Shown in pieces: positions 51,383 to 64,000 of a stretch of DNA of 64,000 nucleotides. The position numbers and the translations under genes were made by a program. The notes beneath the pieces are model-generated. The model saw nothing but the letters and a program-made list of their open reading frames with translations. It made no database searches and was not told the DNA's origin. This DNA comes from the human T2T-CHM13v2.0 reference genome, Homo sapiens. The DNA is taken from the NCBI RefSeq assembly GCF_009914755.1, contig NC_060931.1; one strand, written 5' to 3'. How positions within the stretch are numbered: the stretch's first letter is position 1; every line of letters starts with the position of its first letter.

Positions 51383-51612
51383 TCTTCATTTATTTCTGAA
51401 GACCTGGGTTTTCCTCTGATATCATTTCCCTTCATCATGAGCTCCTTCCCCTGGCCTTTCTAGAGTGGGCCTGGTGAGTCTAATCCTCTTATTGTTTATT
51501 TGAATGTCTTTATTTAATGTCCTGCAGATATTTTCTCTGTGGATATTTTCACTGGATATAGAATTCTGGGTTAACTGGTATGTTTCCCCTCAGCACTTGA
51601 AAAAATATGGTT

Positions 51613-51737
51613 CCGCCCAGTGAGGTGGCACACACCTACAATCCCAGCTACTCGGGAGGCTGCGGTGGGAGTATCACTTGAGCCCAGAGTTCAAGGCCAG
51701 CCAGGGCAACATAGCAAGACCCCATCTCAAAAAAAAG
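51613..51737 (+). mobile_element. FLAM-like Alu monomer
   Basis: Single monomer with A tail. Confidence 0.8.
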
Positions 51738-51914
51738 GTTTAAAATGCAGTTCCACTGTGTTATGGTCTCCATAGTTTCCAATAATAAATCTATAATGAT
51801 TTAAATCATTGTTGCTTTCCTATCTGTCAGGTGTCAGTTTTCTCTGTCAGATTCAGGGTTTTCTCTTTGTCTTTGGTTTTCAAGTTGGATTTCGGCATTC
51901 CCAGGCATGGTTTT

Positions 51915-52353
51915 TGTATTAGTTTCCTAGAGCTGTCATAACAAAGTCCCACAAATTGAGTGGCTTAAAACTACAAAAATATATTGTTTCATAGTTCTGG
52001 TGGCCAGAAGTCCAAAATGAAGGTGTGGGCAGAGTTGTTTCCTTCTGAAGGCTCTAAAGCTGTTCCATGCCTCTCTCCTAGCTCCAGTGATGTAGGCAAT
52101 TCTTGGCATTCTTGGCTTGCAGACTCCATCTCTGCCTCCATCTTCACGTGGTGTTCTCCCTGTGTGTCTCTGGTTCCAAATTTTCTTCTTCTTAGAGGGA
52201 CATCAGTCATACGGGATTAGGGCCCACCCTAATGGCTTCATCTTAACTTGATTACATCTGTAAAGACCCTATTTCCAAATAAGTTTGCATTCAAAAGCAC
52301 CAGGGTCTTAGACTTCAGCATACCTGTTGAGGGACACAATTCAACTCATAACA
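51915..52353 (-). mobile_element. MLT1C-like MaLR solo LTR
   Basis: tgtattagtttcctag...ggacacaattcaactcataaca. Confidence 0.88.
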
Positions 52354-53559
52354 GTTTTCCTCTAATTTAATCTATTGTTGGTTCACTGAACTTCTTGAAG
52401 CTATAAGTTTGTTTTCACCAAATCAAGGAAGTTTGGCCATTATTTATGTTTTTCAAATATTCTTCTGTTTAATTCTCTCCCCTTTTTCTTGAGCTCCAAA
52501 TGATCCATATGCTAGATCTTCAGAGTCCCACAGGTCCCTGAGGCTGTTTTCTCTCTCCTTGTAATTGCATGATTTCTATTGATCTATCTTCAATTTTACT
52601 GTATGTTTTCTCTATAAACTCCATTCTACTATTGCTTCTATGCAATGAATATTTTCAGATATCAGAATTTTTTATTTTAAGATTGCCATTTGGTTTTTTT
52701 TAATGTGCTTTATTTTGCTGATGATATTTCTTACCTATCTATATTCATCATAAGTTAATATTTTCCTTTACCACACTGGATATAGTTATAATAGCTGCTT
52801 TAAAGTATTTTCCTGATAATTTCAACATCTGGAGAATATTGAAAATGGGTCATGTTTTGTGTTTTTTAATAAATTAAGTCATTCTGGATGATGTCTCGAG
52901 CATTGTTAATGTTATACTGAAGAGACTCTGGATTTTGCTCCAGGGGGTATTGATGTTTTGTTACAGCAGACAATTGATTTGGCGCAGCTCCTACTGTCAT
53001 CCATATGGTGGGAGGCACCTCAGATCTCAGTTCAGTTCTTTAAGCCCTAACTGCAAACTGATTTCATTTGCCCTGTGCGTGTATGATTCTGGGATCAGCC
53101 ATAAACTTGGGCTGAGCTTCTATACATCGTTTGGGGCTCTCCTTTGGCTCTCTTCTTTCCGGAATTCCTCCTTTACTCTCTGGTGGTGCTGGTTGCCCCA
53201 GGCTTCTTTGCCTGGTTCATCCAGCCAAAAAGATAGTGAGATTTGTATTGGCATTTTAGCTGCTCTGTACCACTATTGCAGTGACTGTGGCGGCATTCAG
53301 GGCAAAGATCCCACTGTGAAGAATTCATTCCATGCCCGTCTCTTGTTGCAGTGAACAAGTTTTAGCAATTAACTGTGTAGCAATTAGAAACAATTATTTT
53401 ACATTTTTCTGGACATTACCAACATTTGGATTTTTAAAAACAAGCAACAAATGTATTTTGTAGCATTTTTATCATCCAGTAGATTCCATCTCTTCACTGT
53501 ACTTTATAAGTTATCCTATAAGCTAATATAGGTTTTAAATGTTGTCTTCTGTGCTATTC

Positions 53560-55860
53560 TTTGTAAGTGTACTAGTAAAATAATTTAACATAAAAATAAA
53601 TTAATGTAAGCCACCACATTGACAATATAAAGAAGAAAAATCATGTTTATCTCCATAGATCCATAAAAAGACTTTGATAAAATTTAATATTCATTTATGA
53701 TTTTCAACAACTCCTACAAAACTAGGAATAGAAGGGAACTTTTTTGTTAGAAATGCTTGTTTCCCAATGCCGTAAAGAAATAGCATTTGAATATAAATTT
53801 AATTTCCCCAGCAAGGCTGTTTTTACTTTCTGCAGAAAGGGTACACTCACCAGCAGTTTTGCCACGAGAGTACGCCGAACAAAGGAGACAAGGTCATTTA
53901 TAACCTGACACGTCCACTCTATTGCTGTGTCCAGTTTCCAATGGCTGGCACAGGACCTCACATTCTGTATTTGTCCCGATTGGCTAGCAACTTAGAACTT
54001 TTTAAAAGGGGCAAAGGCAGAGGAGAACAAAGCAAGGAGGAAGTAACTTGTGGAATGCTGAGAAAGGTAAAAACACCTTCAAATAAGGAAGAGGAACAGG
54101 CTATGACCTAATGCTTACTTGGACCAATATAAGCATGCCAGGGCAAATATTTAGGCTAAATTGTGGGAGCTAAGAACATAAAGTACATTGATTTCTTTAT
54201 TACGGCTAGCAGATATTTAGGAATGTTAGCACAGGTCTTTGAATAAATTTTGCTTCTAAGGGAAGTTACTATTTATTCCTAATTAGAAGGTGAGGAAAGT
54301 CTTTGAAGAGGAACCTCTACTTTACTTTTGACATTTTCAATCCAATAGAGGACTTAATATATTAATAATAATAACAATAAAATCCACAGCAAACACTATA
54401 CTTACTGGTAAAATATTAAAATATATTTCCTTAGAACCAAGAACAAGACAAGGATGCACACTTTAGCCACTTCTGTTTAATATTGTGCTAGAGATTCTAG
54501 CCAGTGCAACAAGGTAAAAAAATAAACAAATAAAGTATGTCAGCTTTGGAAAGGAGGACACAAAACTGTCTGTATTTTCAGATAACATTGTTGTGTCAGT
54601 AAACAGTACAAAACATTACCCAAACTACCCAAATTAGTGAATTTAGCAAAGTAACTGAATAAATAAAAGGTAGATACGTAAAATAAATCATATTTCTATA
54701 TGCAAATAGAAAATAAAAATTGTTAAAAGATATTATTTACAGTAGCATCAAAAACCAAGGAATAAATCTAACTGCAGAGGAGGAATATGGTTACACCGTG
54801 CACTACCACTTTGCTGAGAGAAATTTAAAACAGCCTAGATGAAAGGAGATATTGTTCAAGGCTTAGAAAAGTCAATATTCTTTAGGTGTCAATTCTTCCC
54901 CAAATTGATCTGTGGTTTCAGCGATATCCTAATCAAAATCCTGGGAGATATGTTAATGTAACTTGACAAGCTAATTCTAACATTTGTATTGAAATACAAA
55001 ATGCCAAGTAGAGGTAAGAGAGTCTTGAAAAAGAAAAGAAAAAAAAAGCAGGACTTTTATACTGCCGGATGTCCAGATAAAATATGAAGCTCTAAGAATT
55101 AAATAGTGTGGCATTGGCACAGAACAGACAAATAGCTAATTAAATAGATGAGAATCCAGAAATAGATGCACCACATAGCATCATCGTTTTACGACAATAG
55201 TGCTGCTGCTGTATGTTATGGAAAGGATAGCCTGTTCAATATTTGATGTTGGGTCAATTTGCTGTCCATACAGAAAAGAAAGAAACCTTGAATGCAGTCT
55301 CACAACATACACAGTCTATTCCAAATCAATTGTACATTTAGATATGAAATTATAACAATAAAGCTTCTAATTCATAAGAAAACAAGTAAGAATACTTTCA
55401 TGTCCTTGTGGAAGCCAAAAAAATCTTAAATAGAAAATAGAAAGCATTAATCATAAAATAAAAGAATAATTAATTGAATGGCAATAAAATTAAGAACCAC
55501 CGTTCATCAAAACTTTACATTAAGAGCAAGCCACAGAGTGGGTAAAGATGTTGAGCTATGTCTAGGTGACAGCTAATATCTAGACTATAAATACTACCTC
55601 CTAAAATCAAAAAGAAAAGGACAGAAACCAACAGAAAAATGGAACAAAGACTTCAACAGCCACCACACAAAGCGGGGATGTCCAAATGCCACTAAACCTA
55701 TGAGAAGGTGTTTAACTTATTTTGACATCCAGGAATGAAAATTAAAAGTATGGTGTGATACCACTGCACACTCACCAGTGTGCAATGGTATGGCCAAACT
55801 GAAGAAGATCAACAATGATGGCTGCTGGTGAGGTGTGGAACATAGACTCTCCAACTCTGC
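53560..55860 (+). mobile_element. Old L1M(E) ORF2 relic interrupted by an LTR10-like element
   Basis: Degenerate RT motifs (tttgataaaatt, gaacaagacaaggatgc, ttctagccagtgcaa); approximate. Confidence 0.75.
53745..54333 (-). mobile_element. LTR10-family (HERV-I) solo LTR
   Basis: Reverse complement begins tgtcaaaagtaaagtagaggttcctcttcaaagactttcc; TG..CA termini; tttt on both flanks. Confidence 0.8.
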
Positions 55861-56150
55861 TGATAGGAGGCAGGGAGCAAGGACATCAGTTAGGAGACAT
55901 TACAGAAGCCAGGTGGGAAACGAGGAAGCCTGGACCAGCCTGAGGCATGAACACAGAGAAGTGTGGAGGTAAATATACTTAGCCATGATCCCTTGCTTTT
56001 GTCTTCTGGTCTCTTTAATATCCCTTTGCTTATCTCCCTACAGTATGTTTAAACTAGGGCTCTGGTGTGTGAGAAGAACATCAAACAAACAGTACAGCGA
56101 GCTCAGGGTGTTTTCTAATGCTGGTGCTGGTTGTGAGATGTTGTTAAATA

Positions 56151-56229
56151 TCAGATTGGAGGAAACGTAATTGCGGTTTTGCCATTAAAAGTAATGGCCA
56201 AAATTGCAATTACCTTTGCACCAACCTAA
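56151..56229. mobile_element. MADE1 (Hsmar1-derived ~80-bp MITE)
   Basis: Imperfect palindrome gtaattgcggttttgccattaaaagtaatggccaaaattgcaattac...tgcaccaacctaa. Confidence 0.9.
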
Positions 56230-56326
56230 CCAAAACATTACCAAACAATTTAAACATAACCAAACCATTACCCTACAATTACCCAAACCACTGCCAGACA
56301 ACTTAAAGAGTCAAATATGGGCATAA

Positions 56327-56701
<375 letters not shown>

Positions 56702-56891
56702 TTTAGAGGATACTTCTTGATGCCGAGTGCTTTACCAGAATTATATATACTGGTAGATTGTTTACCAGAGTTACCACATTTAATCATTTCAACAACACCA
56801 TGAGTAAATGAGAATGAGACTTATTAGAAAGGGAAATTGCCAAAACCTTTTTGATGGAGCAGAACAATCAGCCAGGTTAAGCTAAAAGCCC

Positions 56892-56970
56892 CGTCACCTG
56901 GAGATAAATCGCAGTGCCTGGCCGAGAGTCGTCACCTGGAGATAAATCGCAGTGCCTGGCCGAGAGTCGT
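56892..56970. repeat. Perfect 38-bp tandem duplication
   Basis: cgtcacctggagataaatcgcagtgcctggccgagagt twice, followed by cgt. Confidence 0.97.
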
Positions 56971-58370
56971 GGTCTCCAGGATTTAAGCACAATTGCTAAG
57001 TGATTACTGTCATCAGACAGCCCCAAGGCGTTGTAAACAATCTCTGATTGGTTTAAGATAGATCATTCACTTCAGTCCTGACTGATTAGAAATTACAAGA
57101 TAATTTAATCAGACATTAAAGTGTGCTTTTGACCTGGACAAAGTAAACATAGTGTCATTAGCACAAAAAAATCACATTTATGGAAGAAAATCATTCTCTG
57201 AAACGCAGAGCTGGTACTGGTGGTGAGTGTGTGAGCAGCCCTAAAGACGGCATTATTTCCCCAGGACAGCAGTTTCACAAATGATTTTTTAAGTTCCCTG
57301 ACATAGACAACCATCATCTAAGTACAAAAACCAGTTCTTTTGTTAGTAAAATCAGCTGCTGAACCATTTTATGAAAGGAACTCATGAATGAATCACCAAC
57401 ATGAAAACATAGGGGACACTCTTCTGTTTACGTGGGGTGGGAGACTGGAGGTACTGCCTCTTGTTCTACAGTGATGCCTGAGGCTCATTCACAGAACCTG
57501 AGACTCAGAGACACACTGTTTGATATTCACTTGCCAAAGTGTTCCTTGTACTTGTCTGTTAGCATCATTTTTCAACTTCTGAGGACATAAGATGGAGTTT
57601 TTGAGTGCAGCAGTGAAACTCCTTGAAAACCATTGCCAATGTCTTATGGAGGAATAGAGTGAGCTGGGCAAGGGGTTAGCTTGGCACATCCATCCATGGT
57701 GGTGGGTGGTGAGCTGGAGCCAGCTCATGTGAGCTGACAGCTCATGTGCAACTCTTCCCAACTCCACATTTAGTGAAATCAGCCATCGAGGGAGTATTTA
57801 CACCAAGAAAATTGGCAAACACTACAGACTGGAGCTGGAACTGGTGCCTCGTTCATTGATTGAAAAAGTTGAAGACTAACACTAAAAGTGACATCCTGTA
57901 AGACTGATACCAAAAATCAAAGGTGGGGCTAGAGTCTGAGGAGAGCAGATCTAAGCAGATTTCTAAGCACGAAGGCTTCAGAAAAACAGAAACCAGGTAC
58001 AGACAGAGCCAAAGGAGTATCTAGAAATGAGGAAATACAAGAATCAGGAATGATGGAGCAGGCAGGTGGGAGAGAACAAAAGAAATTTCAGAGATGGTAG
58101 CAGTTGTCTTTGGCATATCTACATAAAACGGCCACAGCAGAAATTCCACTTCAGCCAGGCTCATCTCTGACTGTGATTCCATCCTTTTGGGGGCCCTCTT
58201 AGCAGGTCCCCATCTTTGTCTCCATCAGGCTTGTCTTGCTGGAAGAAAATTACTATGCTCCAGTGACAAATCTCAAGTCCTGACAGGCTTTGCTCCGTGT
58301 AGCTTTCTCAGCATTTTTCAGGGCAATGGGTTATTAGCCTGGAAAAAAAGTTACTAAAAAAATACGAACA

Positions 58371-58694
58371 GGCCAGGTGCAGTGGCTCACGCCTCTAATC
58401 CCAACACTTTGGGAAGCCAAGGTGGTAGGATCGCTTGAGCCCAGGAGTTCAAGACCAGCCTAGGCAACATAGCAGAACCCCATCTCCACACACACAAAAT
58501 TTAAAATTAGCTGAGCCTGGTGTTGTGTGCCTGTAGTTCCAGGTACTCGGGAAGCTGAGGTGGGAAAATGGCTTGAGCCCGGGGGGTCAAGGCTGCAGTG
58601 AGCCATGATCACACCACTGCACTCCAGCCAGGGTGGCAGAGCAAGACCTTGTCTCAAAAATAAATAAAAAAATAAATAAATAAATAAAATAAAA
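58371..58694 (+). mobile_element. AluJ with (TAAA)n tail
   Basis: Full Alu. Confidence 0.93.
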
Positions 58695-59253
58695 CAGCAG
58701 TCTTTTCAAAGTTAAAAATATCAGGAAATATCAATAGAGTTCTTGTGATATTGTAAATTACTTTAAATTGCAATTTTGTCACAACGGAATTACTGTGGTT
58801 ATGCTATTGATTTCATGTATTATGTAATTATCACTATACTGATACCATGATTAATTAGCTAATCCCACATTTTCTGGGATTTTTTTAAAATTTTAAGCCC
58901 AGAATGGGAGCAGAGAAGGTATTATGTATCTTGTAAAAGCTTATGACAAACATTTAAATTATTAACGCATCCATCCTTGACTAAGAGAACATTATATATT
59001 AGGGAGGGAATAATGGGTATGGGTATAACTTAGTGTGTTTTTGAGAGAAACATACAAACAGAATTAATACAGCACAAGTCCAGTGATTGATAGAGTAATC
59101 AGAAGGGGGATATTATGCAGCCTGCCGGTAATGTGGAACAGTGGAATGGCAAAGCCATAAAGCCATAGCAATGGAGTTGCAACAAGCTTTCAAGCCCAGC
59201 TAATACAATCAAGGACATTTGAACAGAAGTGGATATTTTATATATTTACCAAG

Positions 59254-59337
59254 ACACTCACACACACACACACACACACACGTGTACATATATGCAGATG
59301 TACACATGTGGATAGCTAGGTAGATAGATAGATAGAT

Positions 59338-59376
<39 letters not shown>
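59254..59376. repeat. (CA)n followed by a compound (GATA)n STR
   Basis: Directly visible. Confidence 0.95.
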
Positions 59377-59572
59377 GCTTTATTGAGCAGTCTCAATTCG
59401 GTAGGGTATCTTAATAATGTCTTGGGCATATTCCATAACCTTCTGGTCACTTGTATTTATAAGTAATCCAATCAAGTCTAATTTTATATTCAGCTTACCT
59501 CTCTTGTTTCTTGCCCCAGCCTCCTGCGCTATCCACTACAGATTGGAATTGTGGTTTGAGGGTCTTGGAAAT

Positions 59573-59938
59573 TGTCTTGGTTCATTTTCTGTTGCTATAA
59601 TGGAATACGACAGACTGGGTAATTTATAAATAAAAGAAGTTTATTCAGCTCACAGTTCTGGAAGCTGGGAAGTCCAGTAGCATGGCACTGGCATCTGGTG
59701 AGAACATAGTAGAAAGACAGAAGCAGAAGCAAGAGACAAGAGAAAGGAGAACCAGGCCAAAGTCATCCTTTTTATCATGAACCCATTGATAATTAATGCC
59801 TTCAATAATAGCATTAATCCATTTATGAGGGCAGAGCCTTCATGACCTAATCACCTCTCAAAGGCCCCACCTCTAATACTGCTAAAATGGCAGTTAAATT
59901 TCAACATGAGTTTTCGTAGGGATATTCAAGCCACCGCA
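59573..59938 (-). mobile_element. MST-family MaLR solo LTR
   Basis: tgtcttggttcattttctgttgctataa...agactgggtaatttataa...aaatttcaacatgagttt. Confidence 0.85.
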
Positions 59939-61586
59939 GAGAAGAGGACATATATTATTTTGTCCCTTTTTTCTACTCCAGCACCTTTGAGAGAAAACAG
60001 AGTCATGGGAAGGGATTTAGAGATCCCCCTCAACTTTTCTCTGCAAGGATTATGGCTGCATTGTTGGGACTGGGATGAGGAGAGACAGAGTCAAAATTTT
60101 CTTGCTAACAAGCTGTCTGATGGGATGAGGAGGGTATCTGGCCCCAATTATTGACCAATCATGGGGCACTTAATGACCTGAGTTTTCCTATGAGCACAAA
60201 AGTGCCAAATCTGAGGTCACAGAACATCCTTTTACATCTGTTTATATATAGATACACTTTCAAATATTTGCATCCCTTCTAGTACTGAAAACATACAAAA
60301 TACATAGAATACGGCAAGATAAAATATATTTAAATATAGTTGAGAAACAGGAAACCAGGGAAATGTCTTAGTAAAAAGTAAGATGAAATAAAGTTAGTAT
60401 AAAAGGTGAATGTCAAAAGTCTTGCACACCCTCCTGAATAACATTAGAAATGACCAAGGAGAAAGGGTCTCTTGATTTCACAGGAGGGATCATATGGATA
60501 GCACTTGGCCTGGAAGACATATTTTAGTATTTTTCATACAAATACTGTTTTTGATTTGCAGCTAATTTTATTTGGGATTTCTGTAATTATCTATGTTAAT
60601 AAAATGTCTTTCATTTCCTTTCTTATGCTTATTCAGTTTGTATCAAAGATGTCTTATCCTTAGAAAATGATTTGGGTAGCTGTCCCTTTTTAAAAATTTT
60701 CTTTGATTGGCTTGTAAAAGACCAGGATTATCTGATCCAAGAAATTTTGGTAAAATGTACTTATAACGTGTTCTGGTTACATGATGTTTGATTATCAATT
60801 CAATTATTTGTTATTTATTCAGGTTTTCTATTTCCTCTTGAATTAATTTTAAAATTTTTATTTTCTGGAAAATATTCATTATATATGCTTTCTATTTATT
60901 TTCAGAATGTTTTCATAGTAATATACCCAAAATATATGCAAAACGTGGAAGCTGTATCTCCAAAATATATAGAGAGAACAACCATAGTTTTTTTATATCT
61001 CTACTATCTCTTTTTATTAATCTGATGCCTTGATGTATTATTATAATCTATAAATTATAAGTTTGAAAAAAAGGCCCTGAAAGTTTATGGTTGCTAAGCT
61101 CTCTAAGTCTTTGTATATTTGAAAATGTTTTTATTTTTACTTCACTCTCAAATGAGAGTTTTGTGGACATAGAACTCTAGGTTGACAGTTATTTTTCCCT
61201 CAGTACTTTGATGTATAACTAGACACAAAATAACAGTTTCCCCAACTATGATCAATATAATGTCAGTCAACCATATACTACACACACAACACACAGAGGG
61301 AGGTGCCACAGTCAAATATGGAAGCACTGCATACTATCTTGCAAATTCACAATGTGTGAATTTTGTATAATTAAAGCCTTTGAGACATCTAACAGTAAAA
61401 TTTCTTCACCCTTTTAACCTAGTACTTCTCTTCAGAGCTCTTTTTCTTAGAATTGTCAACATCACATAGAAACAAGTGTCAGAGATCCTACAGCACACTT
61501 ATTTAAACATCAACTGTCAACAAATAACTGCATATTTGTTCAAAGTATATCTCTATTATGCTGTTACTTGCCCTAATTTAGACTAC

Positions 61587-62153
61587 TGCGTTAGGTTTCT
61601 ATCAGTACATAACAAATTGCCACAAATTTAGCAACTTACAAGAGCAGCCATTTATTATCTCACAATTCTGTAGGTCAGAAGTCTGGGCACAACCTGCGTT
61701 CTCGGCTCAGGATCTCAGACGCTGAAACCACTTGTGTTCTCATCTAGGGCCTTGTCTGGTGAAAACATTGTTTCCAAGATCATTCAGGTTGTTGGCAGAA
61801 TTGAGATCCTTGCTAGTTATTGGCCAGAGCAGTCCATGACACCTGACCCTCTCCATCATCAAAGCCATTGATGGAGAATGTCCCTTGCATTGAATCCTTC
61901 TCACATTTTGTCCCTCTGACTTCAGACAGGGCCCAGTGTTTTTGTTTTTAAGGGCTGATCTAATTAGGTCAGGCTCACCCAAATAATCTCCCCTTCGACT
62001 GATTAATTCAAGGTCCGTTGTTTGGTAATCTAATCATGGCTTGGCATCCAACACATTCACAGGCCCCACCTGCACCTAGTGGAAGGGGATTATACAGAGT
62101 GTGTACACAGGGGGCAGGAATCTTGAGGACCATCTCAGAATTCTCTCTACCAC
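61587..62153 (-). mobile_element. MLT1-family MaLR solo LTR
   Basis: taacaaattgccacaaatttagc, gttgttggcagaatt, ccatctcagaattctctctaccaca. Confidence 0.8.
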
Positions 62154-62919
62154 ATTTATTATCCTTCAGTGCCAACCCCACACCAGATGAAAAGTTTCAC
62201 TTTGCTTCCTCTTCAGAGAAGTCCATCACTATAACGTAATCCGTAGATTTTCTGCCAGAACAATAACTGGTGTGAGTTGGGCTTTGAGTGTGCAGTCTAG
62301 CATGCATAAAGGAGTATATTTAAGCTGACCCACAACCCTGGATTGTATTCCATTTTTGCAGTATCATTATCCAGTTACCACAGGAAGTTGCCATTCATTC
62401 ATTTTCTCATTTATCAATGTGCTCAGTTCACATCACGTGTGGTTTCTGTGTACCAAGCTTTTCTGTGTTTTAGAGACATTACTGGCAATTGTAAGAGAGA
62501 AGCTGAAGACAGGGAGACCAGTTAGGAAGTAATTACAAGGACAAGGAATGACAAGAGCCATACCTAGACCAGTGGAAGTAAAGAGGAAAGAATGGACTCT
62601 AGAGTGAGGAAGAAAATTTAGACTTACTGACTGATTGGATATGGGCTCCTGAAGTTTGACCAAGGTTGACCAAGATATACAGATGAGGAGCATCACTGAA
62701 GATGACAGTTTATCAACAAAGCACGTGCAGAAGGCAAAGTTAGAATAATAGCTCTTTTCTTCCTTCTGTGTTCTGGGCACTCTAAAGTAGGCACAAGAAG
62801 GTCAGTTACATTGCTTATGATCACACAGCAGATTTTGTTCTTAGCTTCCAGTCTGTTCATCCAATCCTATGCTTTCTTTATAGGTGTTTAAGTGAATCAT
62901 CTCCAGAAGTAAAAGATGG

Positions 62920-63319
62920 GAGATATACATATGGATATAAATATAGATATGGATACAGACATAGACAGAATACATATATGTGTAATATATGTATGTGTAT
63001 ATGTATGTATACAAATACGTACAGATATATAATATACAAATATATAATATACAAATTTTACATATAATATACAATTATATGCATATTACATATTTAAATA
63101 CATACACAGAGACCTTGCTTCCCATTCTACCAAACCACAACTAAATATTGATATTGGCCTAATTTGCCATAGCAGTATGTGTAAATAAAATCAATATTAT
63201 TCTGTTTTGTGGCTGAGGATTCTCATATGGAGAGAGATGGTGAAGGCTTGATCAAAATCCAGTTTATTTGCTCTTATGCAAATATTTCAAGAAGAAATAT
63301 AAACTTTCCATATATTATA

Positions 63320-63371
<52 letters not shown>

Positions 63372-63372
63372 T
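62920..63372. repeat. TA-rich low-complexity block (62920-63110) and (TA)n microsatellite (about 63323-63372)
   Basis: Directly visible. Confidence 0.9.
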
Positions 63373-64000
63373 GCAGATTCCCTGCAGTTACAAGGCTTAC
63401 GTCTCAGCAGCATGGTCTCCGGCACTTCCTCCCTAGGATAGAGTCAAACCACACACTACTGGGAGGGGCAGATCTTCTCCCATGACCAGACTCCAAGGGC
63501 ACCACTTCTTAATGTAAAACGCTGTTACATTGCTAGCGAGAAGGGGGAAGAATGCTCCTGATTCAATTCCTACTCTACTAATGGAGTTGTCTATCATTGT
63601 CCTTGACTTTAGGCAGCACTGTTTTTGAATGTCATTTTTAAACCTAATGACTAGTGCCACCTGAACTGAAAGTCACATACATTGCAAGGTTCTAAGGAAA
63701 AGTAGCTATAGTTCACATGCTCCATTTGCTTCTTGCCTGCTCTTTCTCCTCCAGGTAGAACTTTTACACAGAAAGCACCATGTCCAGTCCATTTAATTTC
63801 CATTAGTAATAAATAATGGCATTGGCTGAATGGTACCAGGCAGCCTCTTGTGAATGAAACCTGTTTTTCATTTCCCCCCTTTATATCTCGCTGCAAGAGA
63901 GGAGAGGCAAAGCTAGATGCCAGTCTAACTGATGTCATGACCTATGTCACACAGTTAAGACTAACCTTCCTCCACATCATGAGGTATCTAATCTCCACTT

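Noticed and set aside
56892-56970. CRISPR-like repeat (38-bp unit)
   Set aside because: Two adjacent copies with no spacer in primate DNA; a simple tandem duplication.

Overview
Primate (human or great ape) genomic DNA that is almost entirely intronic. Two coding exons on the + strand (30843-30918 and 41594-41763) splice in frame to [83 protein letters not shown] recognise this as the start of the C2 domain of HECW1 (NEDL1), a NEDD4-family HECT E3 ligase. The rest is dense in repeats: about 22 Alus, old L1M/L2/MIR relics, MaLR and ERV1 solo LTRs (two LTR8-family, one LTR7/HERV-H, MER50, LTR10-like), Tigger2, MER5A, MADE1 and microsatellites. The main unusual items are: (1) a young antisense L1HS/L1PA2-like element with ORF1 and ORF2 dead but the 5'UTR and 71-aa ORF0 intact and pointing along HECW1; (2) a ~1.43-kb deletion in that L1 with a snap-back hairpin at the junction; (3) a triplicated target site from an Alu and then the L1 inserting at one spot; (4) a 52-bp inverted templated insertion in an Alu tail; (5) a 246-nt two-exon module that would give a stop-free circRNA; (6) same-orientation LTR8s bracketing one exon. 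I see no demonstrably new biological system; the findings are testable hypotheses. Repeat family names come from recalled consensus sequences, and boundaries of old elements are approximate.
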